Positions 25,047 to 34,479 of a stretch of 64,000 nucleotides of DNA are shown here, piece by piece. Source of the stretch: an uncultured Candidatus Saccharibacteria bacterium. Its GTDB lineage: Bacteria > Patescibacteriota > Minisyncoccia > Phycocordibacterales > CSBR16-119. The position numbers and the translations under genes were made by a program. Numbering within the stretch: position 1 is the first letter of the stretch; every line of letters begins with the position of its first letter. The notes beneath the pieces were generated by a model, which did no database searches, had not been told where the DNA came from, and worked only from the letters and a program-made list of their open reading frames with translations. The stretch covers positions 3,612 through 67,611 of the forward strand of contig CAZPVH010000005.1 in assembly GCA_964589975.1 (NCBI GenBank). Reading direction: 5' to 3'.

Positions 25047-26615
25047 ATGGAACAACATAAATTTTTCCTATACGCCCGCAAGTCCACCGATGTGGAGGAC
25101 AAGCAGGTTTTGAGTATTGAAGCGCAGATCACAGAATTGCGCACTTTTGCCAAACAAAATGACCTCGCCATTATTGAGGAACTGACTGAGAAACAATCCG
25201 CCAAAATTCCAGGTCGTCCGATATTCGGCGAAATGATAAAGCGTATTGAAAAGGGCGAGGCGGACGGAATTTTGGCTTGGCACCCCGACAGATTGGCGCG
25301 CAATTCTGTGGACGGAGGCAAGGTCATTTATCTCATAGATTGCGGGCGTATCGCGGCGTTGAAATTTCCTCAATTTTGGTTTGAGCCAACGCCGCAAGGA
25401 AAATTTATGTTGAATATCGCTTTTGGGCAAAGTAAATACTATGTGGATTCTCTTTCCGAAAACACGAAGCGTGGTTTGCGTCAAAAAGTCCGACGCGGAG
25501 AATATCCGAGCGTTGCGCCCATTGGCTATATCAACGATGTGCGGACGAAAAGTATCGTGGTGGACAGAAAGAAAGCGAAAGTTATCCGCGAAATGTTTGA
25601 ATTTTACGCCACTGGCAACGCTCGGCTGGAAGATGTATCGGACTTTTTGGCGAAACGCGGGATACATTCCCGCGGCGGAAAGAGAATCCACAAGACGAGG
25701 GCGACTTTTATCCTTTCCAATCCGTTTTATACAGGATTATTCCGCTACGCTGGCGAATTGCACGAGGGAAAGCACGAGCCAATCATTACAAAGAAACTTT
25801 TTGATACGGCGCAAGCGGTTTTGAAAGAGCGCGGTAAGCCGCAACGCAAACCGAAGAATGAACCGCAAGCGTTTTGCGGTCTAATTGCTTGCGCCGAATG
25901 CGGAATGATGATAACTGGCGAATACAGGGTTAAGAAGCAGAAAAATGGCAATACGCACGATTATACTTATTATCACTGCACCAAGAAAAACAAAGCGGTG
26001 AAATGTTCCCAACCTTGTATTCGCCAAGAGGAACTGGACAGCCAGTTATCATCACTTATTCAAAAAGTTTCTTTGCCTGCGGATTGGGCGGAAAAATTGC
26101 TGGAAATGGCAGAACGAGATAAAGAGCAGTCCGCCCAATCCGTCTCTGCTTTTGTTCAGGAAGCCGAAAACAAAATCCGCGCCATAAATATCAAACTCCA
26201 GCGTCTGCTAGACGGCTATTTGGAGCAAGACATTGAGCGCGAAGTGTATCGCGAGCAAAAAGCAATTTTATTGTCAGAGAAAAAGACGCTGGAGGAGAAA
26301 ATGGCGCGGATTGAACAAAAGCAGAATGATTGGCTCGAACCTTTCCAAGATTGGATAAAAGTCGCTTCAAACCTCGTCAAAATCGCAAGGGATAACAACC
26401 TTTTGGAGAAAAAGGTTGTTGCCAAAGAAATCTTTGGCTCGAACCTCCGCTTGGGGAGCCGCGCCCTGCGCGGCGACCCTGTTTTTCCTCATCTTTCCGC
26501 GCTTCGCGCGGCTGAATCAGTCGGCAAAAAATCGGAAAGTTTGATATTGGTGCGGGATAGGGGAGTCGAACCCCTCACCAGAGTTTGGAAAACTCTTATT
26601 TTACCGATAAACTAA
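25047..26615 (+). CDS. Large serine recombinase (resolvase domain, recombinase domain, zinc ribbon and coiled-coil)
   Basis: N-terminal FFLYARKSTDVEDKQVLSIEAQ (catalytic Ser in the Y-x-R-x-S-T context). Mid-protein Cys cluster CGLIACAECGMM...YYHCTKKN. Long C-terminal coiled-coil. The last approximately 38 codons lie inside IR2-R, and the 3' end overlaps tRNA-Gly(TCC) on the opposite strand. Confidence 0.8.
   Translation: MEQHKFFLYARKSTDVEDKQVLSIEAQITELRTFAKQNDLAIIEELTEKQSAKIPGRPIFGEMIKRIEKGEADGILAWHPDRLARNSVDGGKVIYLIDCGRIAALKFPQFWFEPTPQGKFMLNIAFGQSKYYVDSLSENTKRGLRQKVRRGEYPSVAPIGYINDVRTKSIVVDRKKAKVIREMFEFYATGNARLEDVSDFLAKRGIHSRGGKRIHKTRATFILSNPFYTGLFRYAGELHEGKHEPIITKKLFDTAQAVLKERGKPQRKPKNEPQAFCGLIACAECGMMITGEYRVKKQKNGNTHDYTYYHCTKKNKAVKCSQPCIRQEELDSQLSSLIQKVSLPADWAEKLLEMAERDKEQSAQSVSAFVQEAENKIRAINIKLQRLLDGYLEQDIEREVYREQKAILLSEKKTLEEKMARIEQKQNDWLEPFQDWIKVASNLVKIARDNNLLEKKVVAKEIFGSNLRLGSRALRGDPVFPHLSALRAAESVGKKSESLILVRDRGVEPLTRVWKTLILPIN
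26439..26552. repeat. IR2-R: right copy of the 114-bp inverted repeat, ending inside the tRNA-Gly 3' CACCA
   Basis: Reverse complement of 24893-25006. The final 5 nt are the tRNA 3' C-A-CCA. Confidence 0.85.
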
Positions 26616-26621
26616 TCCCGC
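26548..26621 (-). tRNA. tRNA-Gly (anticodon TCC), CCA encoded
   Basis: Manual fold. Acceptor GCGGGAT/ATCCCGC, anticodon stem AGAGT/ACTCT with loop TTTCCAA, T-arm GGGGT-TCGACTC-CCCCT, then ACCA. Confidence 0.8.
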
Positions 26622-26729
26622 GATTTGGCTATTATACACGATTAAGCTTTTCAGTCTATACACCAAAAACACAAAAGCCCCGTGAGGGACTTTTGTGTTT
26701 TATAGATTCTATAAACTTATTTAATTTTA

Positions 26730-27002
26730 CTATTTGATCGTGTCCTTCAAGGCCTTTGACGCTCGGAATTTCGGTACCTTCTGCGCAGGGACTGCGACAG
26801 ATTCGCCTGTTCGAGGATTTCGCGCCGTGCGGGCTTTTCTCATCTTGGCTGAGAAGATTCCGAATCCTGAGATGGAAACCTCGCCGCCTCGCTTCATTTC
26901 GCCCGTGATTGCATCAAAGATGCCGTCTACGATCTGCTCTGCTTGGGTCTTTGTTGTCCCGAGCATTCCATGGACATGATCTACCAAAGCTGCTTTATTC
27001 AT
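26730..27002 (-). CDS. hup: DNA-binding protein HU
   Basis: 90 aa, MNKAALVDHV...GFGIFSAKMRKARTARNPRTGESVAVPAQKVPKFRASKALKD. Confidence 0.85.
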   Translation of the reverse strand: MNKAALVDHVHGMLGTTKTQAEQIVDGIFDAITGEMKRGGEVSISGFGIFSAKMRKARTARNPRTGESVAVPAQKVPKFRASKALKDTIK

Positions 27003-27168
27003 ATCTATTGTAAATTACTGATAATCTACTTCGCCCGACGTTGTCTTTCAACAACTTTTTGACCTAGGCGTATTATACAGCAACACATTTTGCGCGCAAG
27101 CCTTATTTGGCAATACATTTTTGGAACAGGGGAAAACTACCCATTAAAAAACCGTTGTTTTTCAACGA

Positions 27169-28695
27169 CTATCTAGCGTAGGAGATAATACGATTTTCGC
27201 GAATAACCACGACTTTGATCTCGCCCGGATATTTCAGCTCTTGTTCTATAGCCTTGGCAATGTCACGAGATAGGTCTTTGGCGGCCAAATCCGTTGTATT
27301 TTCAGGGTTTACGAAGACTCTGACCTCTCGGCCGGCTGCGATTGCGTATGACTTCTCAACGCCTTCGAAGCCGTTTATAAGAGTTTCGAGTTCAGTTAGG
27401 CGCTTTAGGTAATTCTCGGCAGTATCGGAGCGGGCGCCTGGCCGGCCGCCTGATATGGCGTCGGCAGTCTGGACGATGTGAGACTCGATCGTCTCATAAG
27501 GGAATTCTTCGTGGTGGGCCTTCATGGCGTCGATAATGGCCTTGTCTGTGCCGAACTTCTGGAGAATTCTCATGCCGATCTCGACATGCGTGCCCTGAAC
27601 TTCGTGGGTTAGGGCCTTACCAATATCGTGAACAAGGCAGCCAGCTTTGGCAACCGCCACATCGGCGCCGATTTCTTCGGCAATGATTCCGCCAACGTGC
27701 GCCATCTCGACCGAGTGCGCCAGAACATTTTGACCGTAAGATGTACGGAAGTGTAGGCGGCCAAGAATTGCCACAACGCGCGGATCAAGATTAAATATTC
27801 CGCATTCGTAAACAGCTTCTTCACCTTTTTGTTTAATGATTTTATTTATGTCTTCTTTGGCTTTCTCTACCATCTCCTCTATCTTTGCCGGCTGGATCCG
27901 TCCGTCGAGGATCAGGTTCTCTAGGGCGATACGAGCGACCTGGCGTCGCACTGGATCGAATGAAGAAATAGTAATAACGCCTGGGGTATCGTCGACAATC
28001 AGCTCAACTCCGGAAGCGCGCTCAAAAGCACGAATGTTTCGGCCCTCCTTGCCGATAATTTTTCCTTTTATCTCGTCATTTGGGATAGAGACTGATGTTG
28101 CCATCATTTCGCCGACGCCGTCGTTCGCGATGCGCTGGATAGATGTGGCTAGAATTTCTCGAGCGCGCATGTCGAGCTTTTCCTTTGAGGCGTTCTCAAG
28201 CTTCTGCATGCGAACAAGAGTGTCTTCTTCGTATTTCTCTTCAATCTCACGAATGAGGAGGGCGCGAGCGTCTTCTTCGGTAAGTCCAGAGATCCGAGCA
28301 AGCTCTGTCTCGACAAGTAATTTCTTCGCTTCGATTTCAGCCTTAACACCCTCAAGAGTTGTGTTTTTTGCCACCAAGTCTTCTTGGGCGCGCTGAAGTT
28401 CTCGATCTTTTAGCTCGAGAGTGTCTTCGCGGCGAATGATGCGCTCTTCGGCCTTTTTTATGTCTTCAAGCTTTTTCTTCTCTTCGGCTTCTGCTGTCTC
28501 AATCTTCTCTTCGGCTTTCTTCGAGGCTTCAGCTAATATTTTCTGTGCGTCTTCTTTGGCGATAATGAGGAGCTTCTTGATCTCAAGCTCGATTCCGCTC
28601 TTCTGCCCGAGGGCGATGATGATACGGAGGTAGTAGCCGACCCCAGCGCCGACAAGTAATGCAAGCGCTCCAAGTATTAATGTTATTTTTGTCAT
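27169..28695 (-). CDS. rny: Ribonuclease Y
   Basis: N-terminal TM helix, long coiled-coil, KH domain (GKIIGKEGRNIRAFE) and HD domain (LAHSVEMAHVGG...HDIGK). Confidence 0.85.
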   Translation of the reverse strand: MTKITLILGALALLVGAGVGYYLRIIIALGQKSGIELEIKKLLIIAKEDAQKILAEASKKAEEKIETAEAEEKKKLEDIKKAEERIIRREDTLELKDRELQRAQEDLVAKNTTLEGVKAEIEAKKLLVETELARISGLTEEDARALLIREIEEKYEEDTLVRMQKLENASKEKLDMRAREILATSIQRIANDGVGEMMATSVSIPNDEIKGKIIGKEGRNIRAFERASGVELIVDDTPGVITISSFDPVRRQVARIALENLILDGRIQPAKIEEMVEKAKEDINKIIKQKGEEAVYECGIFNLDPRVVAILGRLHFRTSYGQNVLAHSVEMAHVGGIIAEEIGADVAVAKAGCLVHDIGKALTHEVQGTHVEIGMRILQKFGTDKAIIDAMKAHHEEFPYETIESHIVQTADAISGGRPGARSDTAENYLKRLTELETLINGFEGVEKSYAIAAGREVRVFVNPENTTDLAAKDLSRDIAKAIEQELKYPGEIKVVVIRENRIISYAR

Positions 28696-28866
28696 ACAGC
28701 GTTTCGGAACGCTTAAGAAATGCTTTTAGAATGCCGTTCCCGGTAAAATAAGGAGATTTTATAGTGCATGCTAAACGGTCTTTAAGCGTCGTTTCAATTT
28801 AAATTATTAAGTTCTGTACACTAAATATACCACAATGGATGCCCGGCTTCTAGTGCGCCCCGAAGG

Positions 28867-29328
28867 CTATTCTTTCTTCCAGGAGATCACCACATGGCGT
28901 CCACGGCCGGTGCCGGCCGACTCGGATTCAATGTCGCCATGTTTAGAGACATATTCATGAACAATTCGTCGCTCGTAAGCATTCATCGGCTCTAGCTCAA
29001 TTTTACTTTTGAAAAAGCGGGCTCTTTCGGCCATCATATGCGCCACTGTTTTTATCCTCTCAATCTTTTCTTTCTGATAGCCGTTAATGTCGAGCATCAC
29101 TCGCGGCGCTTCCTCTCCATGCTTCTTCTCGACAATTCGCCTCAATAGAAAATTTATGTTCTGAAGACCTTCGCCGTCGCGACCGACAAGGTGGCGTGAA
29201 TCGTTCGAGCGAACGCTTGCCACATATGATCCCGAATCCATATCGAGAATGATATCCAATGAGTCAAAATGAAAACCCGCTTTTGTTAGAAATTCTTCGA
29301 TCAGATTTTTGATGTCAGTTTCTAACAT
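28867..29328 (-). CDS. jag: Jag/KhpB-like RNA-binding protein (KH + R3H)
   Basis: 153 aa with an R3H-like C-terminus (YERRIVHEYVSKHGDIESESAG) directly downstream of yidC, the canonical position. Confidence 0.65.
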   Translation of the reverse strand: MLETDIKNLIEEFLTKAGFHFDSLDIILDMDSGSYVASVRSNDSRHLVGRDGEGLQNINFLLRRIVEKKHGEEAPRVMLDINGYQKEKIERIKTVAHMMAERARFFKSKIELEPMNAYERRIVHEYVSKHGDIESESAGTGRGRHVVISWKKE

Positions 29329-29334
29329 GGGAGT

Positions 29335-30063
29335 TTATACTAATTCGACTGTTTTCTCCTCGGTAAGACGTTTGTAAAGCCTGATCTCTTGGATGGTGGT
29401 GAAAATATTGTTCACCGTCCAGTAGAGAGCAATGGCGGCAGAAATCTGATATGAAATGAAGGCGACAAATATAGGCAAGATGTATTTCGTCTGCTTGCCC
29501 ATCATACGAGACATGTTCGCCTGCATGCTGTTGTCGTTTGGGTCGGCGGCTTTTTGGTTTTGCATAGCGATAGAGAAGTGGGCCTGTGCAAACTGAGAGA
29601 GGCCTGCAATGATCGAGAGCACGAGACTCTTCATAGAGAGATCAATGAGTCCCAGGAATTTCAGATTGAAAACCTCCGGCACTTGAATGAATGAATACAA
29701 ATGATGCGCCGAGAAATCGAACCCGCCCATGAAGACGCGATAGAGAGCGAGAATGATTGGAAGCTGAATAAGAATCGGAAGGCAGCCCGAAAAAGGGTTG
29801 ATCTTGTACTCTTTATATAGCTCAAATGATTTTGCCGCCTGTTCCTTTTTGTCTGGGTACTGCTTCTTGATTTCATTTATCTTCGGTTCAAGCTGCTTGA
29901 GACGGTACTGGCCGATGATGGCTTTCTTGTGAAGGGGGGAGAGGATGAGTTTTACAATGAGGGTTAAAACAATGATGGCGAGTCCAACATCGTGCCAGGG
30001 CACAACATTTATAAGGAAAACCAGAAAATTATATAGAGGTTCGACAAAAATAGTCTTAAACAT
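29335..30063 (-). CDS. yidC: Membrane protein insertase YidC (short form)
   Basis: 242 aa with multiple TM helices. Conserved ...PFSGCLPILIQLPI...LYW... 60-kDa inner-membrane-protein motifs. Confidence 0.8.
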   Translation of the reverse strand: MFKTIFVEPLYNFLVFLINVVPWHDVGLAIIVLTLIVKLILSPLHKKAIIGQYRLKQLEPKINEIKKQYPDKKEQAAKSFELYKEYKINPFSGCLPILIQLPIILALYRVFMGGFDFSAHHLYSFIQVPEVFNLKFLGLIDLSMKSLVLSIIAGLSQFAQAHFSIAMQNQKAADPNDNSMQANMSRMMGKQTKYILPIFVAFISYQISAAIALYWTVNNIFTTIQEIRLYKRLTEEKTVELV

Positions 30064-30163
30064 CCTTCGATTCTAGCTTAAAAGGCTAGATTATCAAAAT
30101 GGCGCATTTCGGCAGCGAAAAAGCCCGGTGTTGCCGGGCTCCCTGCGTGTGTGTCTAGGGTCG

Positions 30164-30511
30164 TTACCCTTGTTCGGGTATTGTGAACCAGGTTTTTTCA
30201 TCCTGATACTCGACATATTCTCGATCGTAATGGATATCATCTCGGAGTATGGTGAGAGCCCTTTCACAATCGACCTCATCGATATAGAGACCGACATCCC
30301 CCTGCGCCCTGTGATTGCGCTCTTCCTTCGGCACGAAGATGTGTTCAGTGATCAGCTCTTCGATGGCCTTAATCACTTCGGGATCCCATCTTTTTATAGG
30401 AACGTTGTCCCTATCGAACTCGATCCCTTTTGCCTTCATTTCATCAAGTTTGTATGTCAGGCCATCGTACCTTGTTGCCAGGACGATCTTTCTTTTCTGC
30501 CTTTCTGCCAT
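30164..30511 (-). CDS. Hypothetical protein, about 115 aa (start placed at MAERQKRK to avoid overlap with yidD)
   Basis: The ORF-track entry runs into yidD. An internal Met gives a non-overlapping gene. Confidence 0.4.
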   Translation of the reverse strand: MAERQKRKIVLATRYDGLTYKLDEMKAKGIEFDRDNVPIKRWDPEVIKAIEELITEHIFVPKEERNHRAQGDVGLYIDEVDCERALTILRDDIHYDREYVEYQDEKTWFTIPEQG

Positions 30512-30564
30512 TTTTGTACTTTTAAAGTAGCTAATCGTTACAATAGCAGAAATATTTGATTTTG

Positions 30565-30789
30565 TCAATCTTTTGGCACTTCGTCGACACCAGAACCGCC
30601 CCAGGGGTGGCATTTGGAGACTCGTTTCACCGAAAGCCAAAAACCCCTTGTAAATCCATGTTTTTCAAAGGCAGCACGCATATAATGTGAACAAGTTGGG
30701 TAAAACCGGCAATTTACCCCCAGAAGCCTGAAAACACGGGAAATTGTTTGCTGGTATAGCCAAATCAAGGAAATAGCTATATATTTCAT
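30565..30789 (-). CDS. yidD: Membrane protein insertion efficiency factor YidD
   Basis: CRFYPTCSHY signature. Confidence 0.85.
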   Translation of the reverse strand: MKYIAISLIWLYQQTISRVFRLLGVNCRFYPTCSHYMRAAFEKHGFTRGFWLSVKRVSKCHPWGGSGVDEVPKD

Positions 30790-31121
30790 AGGATTTTCGC
30801 CTTTTTAAGCATTTCCAAGATTTGAACCTCAGTCTCGGTAAAAGTAGCCTTTTCCGCGCCTCTTTTGACGAATAGTATTATAAAATAAGGGTTATTCAGG
30901 GATTTGGCAACCTTCCCAAAGACTGAATAACCACGGCGGCGGATTTTGTTTCGTAAAACTGCAGTTTTGGCGACCTTTTTTGATACTACAACAGAAAAAT
31001 GTGTTGTATTTATTGGGTTTTTCAGAAATTTAAGCGAAAAAAGGCTGGAATTTATCATTCCGCCTTTTTTCATGATATTTTCGAAGTTATCCCGATTTAT
31101 CCTCTGGCTCTTCGAAATCAT
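30786..31121 (-). CDS. rnpA: Ribonuclease P protein component
   Basis: 111 aa, basic. QRINRDNFENIMKKG...FSVVVSKKVAKTAVLRNKIRR pattern and position between rpmH and yidD. Confidence 0.75.
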   Translation of the reverse strand: MISKSQRINRDNFENIMKKGGMINSSLFSLKFLKNPINTTHFSVVVSKKVAKTAVLRNKIRRRGYSVFGKVAKSLNNPYFIILFVKRGAEKATFTETEVQILEMLKKAKIL

Positions 31122-31128
31122 AGAGGTT

Positions 31129-31290
31129 TTACTTGCGAGACTTAACGCGAGGCTTAGAGACCGACAATTTCTTGCGACCCTTGCGACGTCGGTTCCTGAG
31201 AACGTTCTTGCCGCTAGTCGTCTTGGAGCGGGCTCGGAAACCGTGAGTCTTGGCTCTTTTTTTCTTTTTCGGGTTATATGTCCGTGACAT
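31129..31290 (-). CDS. rpmH: 50S ribosomal protein L34
   Basis: Manual translation gives [53 protein letters not shown]. Not in the ORF track because it is under 60 aa. Confidence 0.85.
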   Translation of the reverse strand: MSRTYNPKKKKRAKTHGFRARSKTTSGKNVLRNRRRKGRKKLSVSKPRVKSRK

Positions 31291-31488
31291 GAGAGGGAGT
31301 ATATACTAGACATAAAAATAAATCAATGCGTGGTGAGCGAAAGTTGCGAGAAAAAATTAGAGTCGTGTATAATTCAATCCACGTTCAGAGTTTTCCACAG
31401 CAATCCACACGTTGTTCACATTTTCAAAATTATCCCCAGAAAAGTTCTGCGTATATAATATCTTTCATAATATTTTAAATCTTTAACT
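31291..31488. promoter_or_regulatory. dnaA upstream region with a DnaA-box cluster (part of the origin region)
   Basis: TTTTCCACA (31390-31398), AATCCACAC, TGTTCACAT and TTATCCCCA are close to the TTATNCACA consensus. AT-rich. Confidence 0.5.
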
Positions 31489-32835
31489 ATGGTTGATAAC
31501 AAGCAAATTTGGGAAAGCTGCCTCGACGAAATAGAGTCGACTCTTTCACGCCCAAATTTCGTCACCTGGTTCAAGAACACTAGCTTCACCAAGCAGGAAA
31601 ACGGCACAGCCTACATCAGCGTTCCGAATGAATTCGTCCGCGACTGGCTGAACACTAAGTACAAAACAAATATCTTAGGACTCCTCATGAACTACTGTGA
31701 GGGTGTTCGAGGTGTAGAGTTCGTGATTTCGAAGCTTTCATCAAAAAAGCCTGAGGAAATGGGAGAAAACGGCGGATTTGTGGAGAACGTTCTACCTCTG
31801 AAGAATCTCTACATAGACAAAAACGATAACCTAAACCCTCGCTATACATTCGAGTCATTCATTGTGGGCCCTTTCAATGAGCTCGCTTACGCTGCGGCTC
31901 AGGCAATCATTAAAAATCCCGGTCACAGTTACAACCCACTTTTCATTTATGGTCCTACCGGACTTGGAAAAACTCATCTCATACAGGCGATGGGGAACGC
32001 TATAAAGGAAAAAATGCCGCAGAAGCAGATTCACTATATCCCTCTCGAGAAATTCGCGATTGATTATGTAAACTCCCTTCGAAACAACAAGCCAAACGAA
32101 TTCAAACAAAAATACCGAAAGTATGACGTCCTTATCATGGACGATGTTCAGTTCATTTCGAACAAGGAAAAGACTCAGGAGGAACTTTTCCACCTCTTTA
32201 ACACGCTTCACGACACAAACAGGCAGATCATCTTCTCAAGCGATAAGCATCCAAACTTCATCCCGGGATTGGAAGACCGTCTTCGCTCTCGTTTCGGCTC
32301 CGGTATGATCATCGACATTACCGAGCCAGACATGGAGTCGAAAATCGCCATCATCAAGTCCAAACTTGATGAAAATTCCCTTAATTTATCGGCTGATATC
32401 ATCGAGTACATCGCATTATCCATAACTGGTAGTATTCGAGAGCTCGAAGGAAGTCTCAATACTATAATTTGCCAAATACAACTCAAGAAGCGCGATTTGT
32501 CAATCAATGAGGTTAAAAAACTCATTAAAAACAACATAAAACCGTCAAAAAATATCTCTATTCAAAATATTGTCAAAACAATCAGTGATTTCTATGAGAT
32601 AAACGAAGAAAGCATCTACGAAAAGACCCGCCGAAAGGAGATTGTAAAGGCTCGCCAACTTATTATGTATATCCTCCGGGAAGACTTTAATATTTCCTAC
32701 CCCCTTATCGGCCAAAAGCTTGGCGGCAAAGACCACACAACCGTTATTCACTCATGTCTTAAGATCAAAAACGATCTAAAAGAGGACCAAAAACTGGTTC
32801 GGGACGTCGAGCAGCTTCGCACCATGTTTAAATGA
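31489..32835 (+). CDS. dnaA: Chromosomal replication initiator DnaA
   Basis: Walker A GPTGLGKTHL, AAA+ core, and a C-terminal DNA-binding domain (HTTVIHSC). DnaA boxes upstream and downstream. Confidence 0.9.
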   Translation: MVDNKQIWESCLDEIESTLSRPNFVTWFKNTSFTKQENGTAYISVPNEFVRDWLNTKYKTNILGLLMNYCEGVRGVEFVISKLSSKKPEEMGENGGFVENVLPLKNLYIDKNDNLNPRYTFESFIVGPFNELAYAAAQAIIKNPGHSYNPLFIYGPTGLGKTHLIQAMGNAIKEKMPQKQIHYIPLEKFAIDYVNSLRNNKPNEFKQKYRKYDVLIMDDVQFISNKEKTQEELFHLFNTLHDTNRQIIFSSDKHPNFIPGLEDRLRSRFGSGMIIDITEPDMESKIAIIKSKLDENSLNLSADIIEYIALSITGSIRELEGSLNTIICQIQLKKRDLSINEVKKLIKNNIKPSKNISIQNIVKTISDFYEINEESIYEKTRRKEIVKARQLIMYILREDFNISYPLIGQKLGGKDHTTVIHSCLKIKNDLKEDQKLVRDVEQLRTMFK

Positions 32836-33064
32836 TGTGGATAAAGGGTTAATGGAGTGAGTAAGAGCTTGGGGAGAGAATTTGAAAACTTTAGAGCAAT
32901 CCAGAGTTTTACCCAAAAGCCAGAAGTTCTTTTGAGTAAGGCGATAGTTTTACCCAGGCGATATTTCTGAAAAACCTCTGATAACAAAAGACATAACGTG
33001 GTTATACACATCATCCACAACCCTAATAGTAATAGTAGATTTAAAAGAGAATATAAAAGAATAA
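32836..33064. promoter_or_regulatory. dnaA-dnaN intergenic region: putative oriC core (DnaA boxes plus an AT-rich unwinding element)
   Basis: TGTGGATAA (32841-32849, a perfect box in reverse complement), TTATACACA (about 33000-33008, perfect) and CATCCACAA, followed by AT-rich TAATAGTAATAGTAGATTTAAAAGAGAATATAAAAGAATAA. Confidence 0.5.
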
Positions 33065-34165
33065 ATGAAAATAGAAATATCTGTCGACAAGTTAAAAGAA
33101 GCTGTGGGGAAAGCTGAGAAGATCACAGGCAAGAATTCAACTCTTGAGAGTCTCAAGTCTATTCTCTTGTCGGCTTCACGAAATAGCTTGAAAATCAGAT
33201 CTACAAACCTTTCTCTCGGGCTCGAGATTGAAATTGCGGCCAAAGTTATGGGGGAGGGCGACGTGTTGGTTTCCGGCGAGGTTTTAAATAATACGCTTCA
33301 GAACATGAACGCCCAAGATAAGGTTATAAATATCGAAAAATCGAACGAAAATATATTTTTAAACAATAAAAGAACGAAAATAGTCATAAAAAGCATAAAT
33401 CCAGAAGATTTTCCGACGATCCCTGTCGTTGAGGGCGATGGATTTGAGATCGAGACGCAGAAATTCATGGAAGGAGTGCGTAGCGTCTTCTATAGCGCCG
33501 CCATAAGCGATATAAAGCCAGAAATCGGCAGTGTGTATATCTACAGCGATCAAGATGAGCTTGTGTTTGTGGCGACCGATTCATTCCGGCTTGGAGAAAA
33601 GCGTATCAAGGTTAAAAACCTAAAGGATATCGATGGAATAATCATTCCGTATAAGAATGTTCTGGAAATTATTAAGCTTCTGTCCGACATAAAGGGCGAG
33701 ATGAAAGTTTTTTATAATAAAAATCAGATATCTTTTGTTGTAGGGGGAATGTACCTGACTTCACGTCTTATTAATGGAGCCTTTCCTGACTATCGTCAGA
33801 TTCTGCCAAAAAGCCATAAAACAAGGGCTATAATAATCAAGAAAGATCTTTTAGAAGCGCTTCGGCTTTCAAATATTTTCTCTGATAAATTCAATCAGAT
33901 AAAGATTAGTATTGACCCAAAGGGAAAGAAATTCGAAGTTAACGCAGTAAATAAAGATATTGGAGAGAATAAGACCGAACTTGACGGGGCGCTGGAGGGC
34001 GATCCGATTGAGATGAACTTTAATCATAAGTATGTTCTTGATTGCTTCCAGTCGATAAACGAAGACTCTGTTATAATTGAAATCGGTGAACCAAATCGTC
34101 CCGTTATCATGAAAGGGAACGGGGACAAGAGTTTCTTATATCTCATCATGCCGATGAATAGATAA
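33065..34165 (+). CDS. dnaN: DNA polymerase III beta sliding clamp
   Basis: 366 aa with three-domain clamp architecture, immediately downstream of dnaA. C-terminus ...LIMPMNR. Confidence 0.85.
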   Translation: MKIEISVDKLKEAVGKAEKITGKNSTLESLKSILLSASRNSLKIRSTNLSLGLEIEIAAKVMGEGDVLVSGEVLNNTLQNMNAQDKVINIEKSNENIFLNNKRTKIVIKSINPEDFPTIPVVEGDGFEIETQKFMEGVRSVFYSAAISDIKPEIGSVYIYSDQDELVFVATDSFRLGEKRIKVKNLKDIDGIIIPYKNVLEIIKLLSDIKGEMKVFYNKNQISFVVGGMYLTSRLINGAFPDYRQILPKSHKTRAIIIKKDLLEALRLSNIFSDKFNQIKISIDPKGKKFEVNAVNKDIGENKTELDGALEGDPIEMNFNHKYVLDCFQSINEDSVIIEIGEPNRPVIMKGNGDKSFLYLIMPMNR

Positions 34166-34175
34166 AATAAAATAG

Positions 34176-34436
34176 ATGCAATCGAACATCTCACAATTTT
34201 TAGAAAGTTTCCAAGTGGCGCTTCTTGGTCAAGATTCTTTTAAAAACGATGTTTGCAATATCATTTTCAATGAGACAAAATTTCCTCTCGAGAAAAGATG
34301 TGTTTCCGAAGCAAACGGGAACATTCGAATAAAAACAGATTCATATATGAAGACGGAGATCATGCTTCATAAAGAAAATATTCTAGCTTCAATTAGAGAA
34401 AAATATAAACAGCGTTTAATAAAAGATATTATTTAA
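34176..34436 (+). CDS. Small hypothetical protein downstream of dnaN
   Basis: 86-aa ORF 10 nt after the dnaN stop. Terminator hairpin at 34446-34472. Confidence 0.35.
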   Translation: MQSNISQFLESFQVALLGQDSFKNDVCNIIFNETKFPLEKRCVSEANGNIRIKTDSYMKTEIMLHKENILASIREKYKQRLIKDII

Positions 34437-34479
34437 GTAAAAGAAAAACCCCGCACTAGGCGGGGTTTTTCTTTTACTT

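Noticed and set aside
24851-25327. 158-aa minus-strand ORF overlapping the serine recombinase start
   Set aside because: Its conserved segment is just IR2-L read in reverse (mirror of the recombinase C-terminus encoded in IR2-R), and the rest is antisense to the recombinase.
27836-28396. 186-aa plus-strand ORF inside rny, rich in S/R/I
   Set aside because: Antisense frame of RNase Y. Low-complexity composition.
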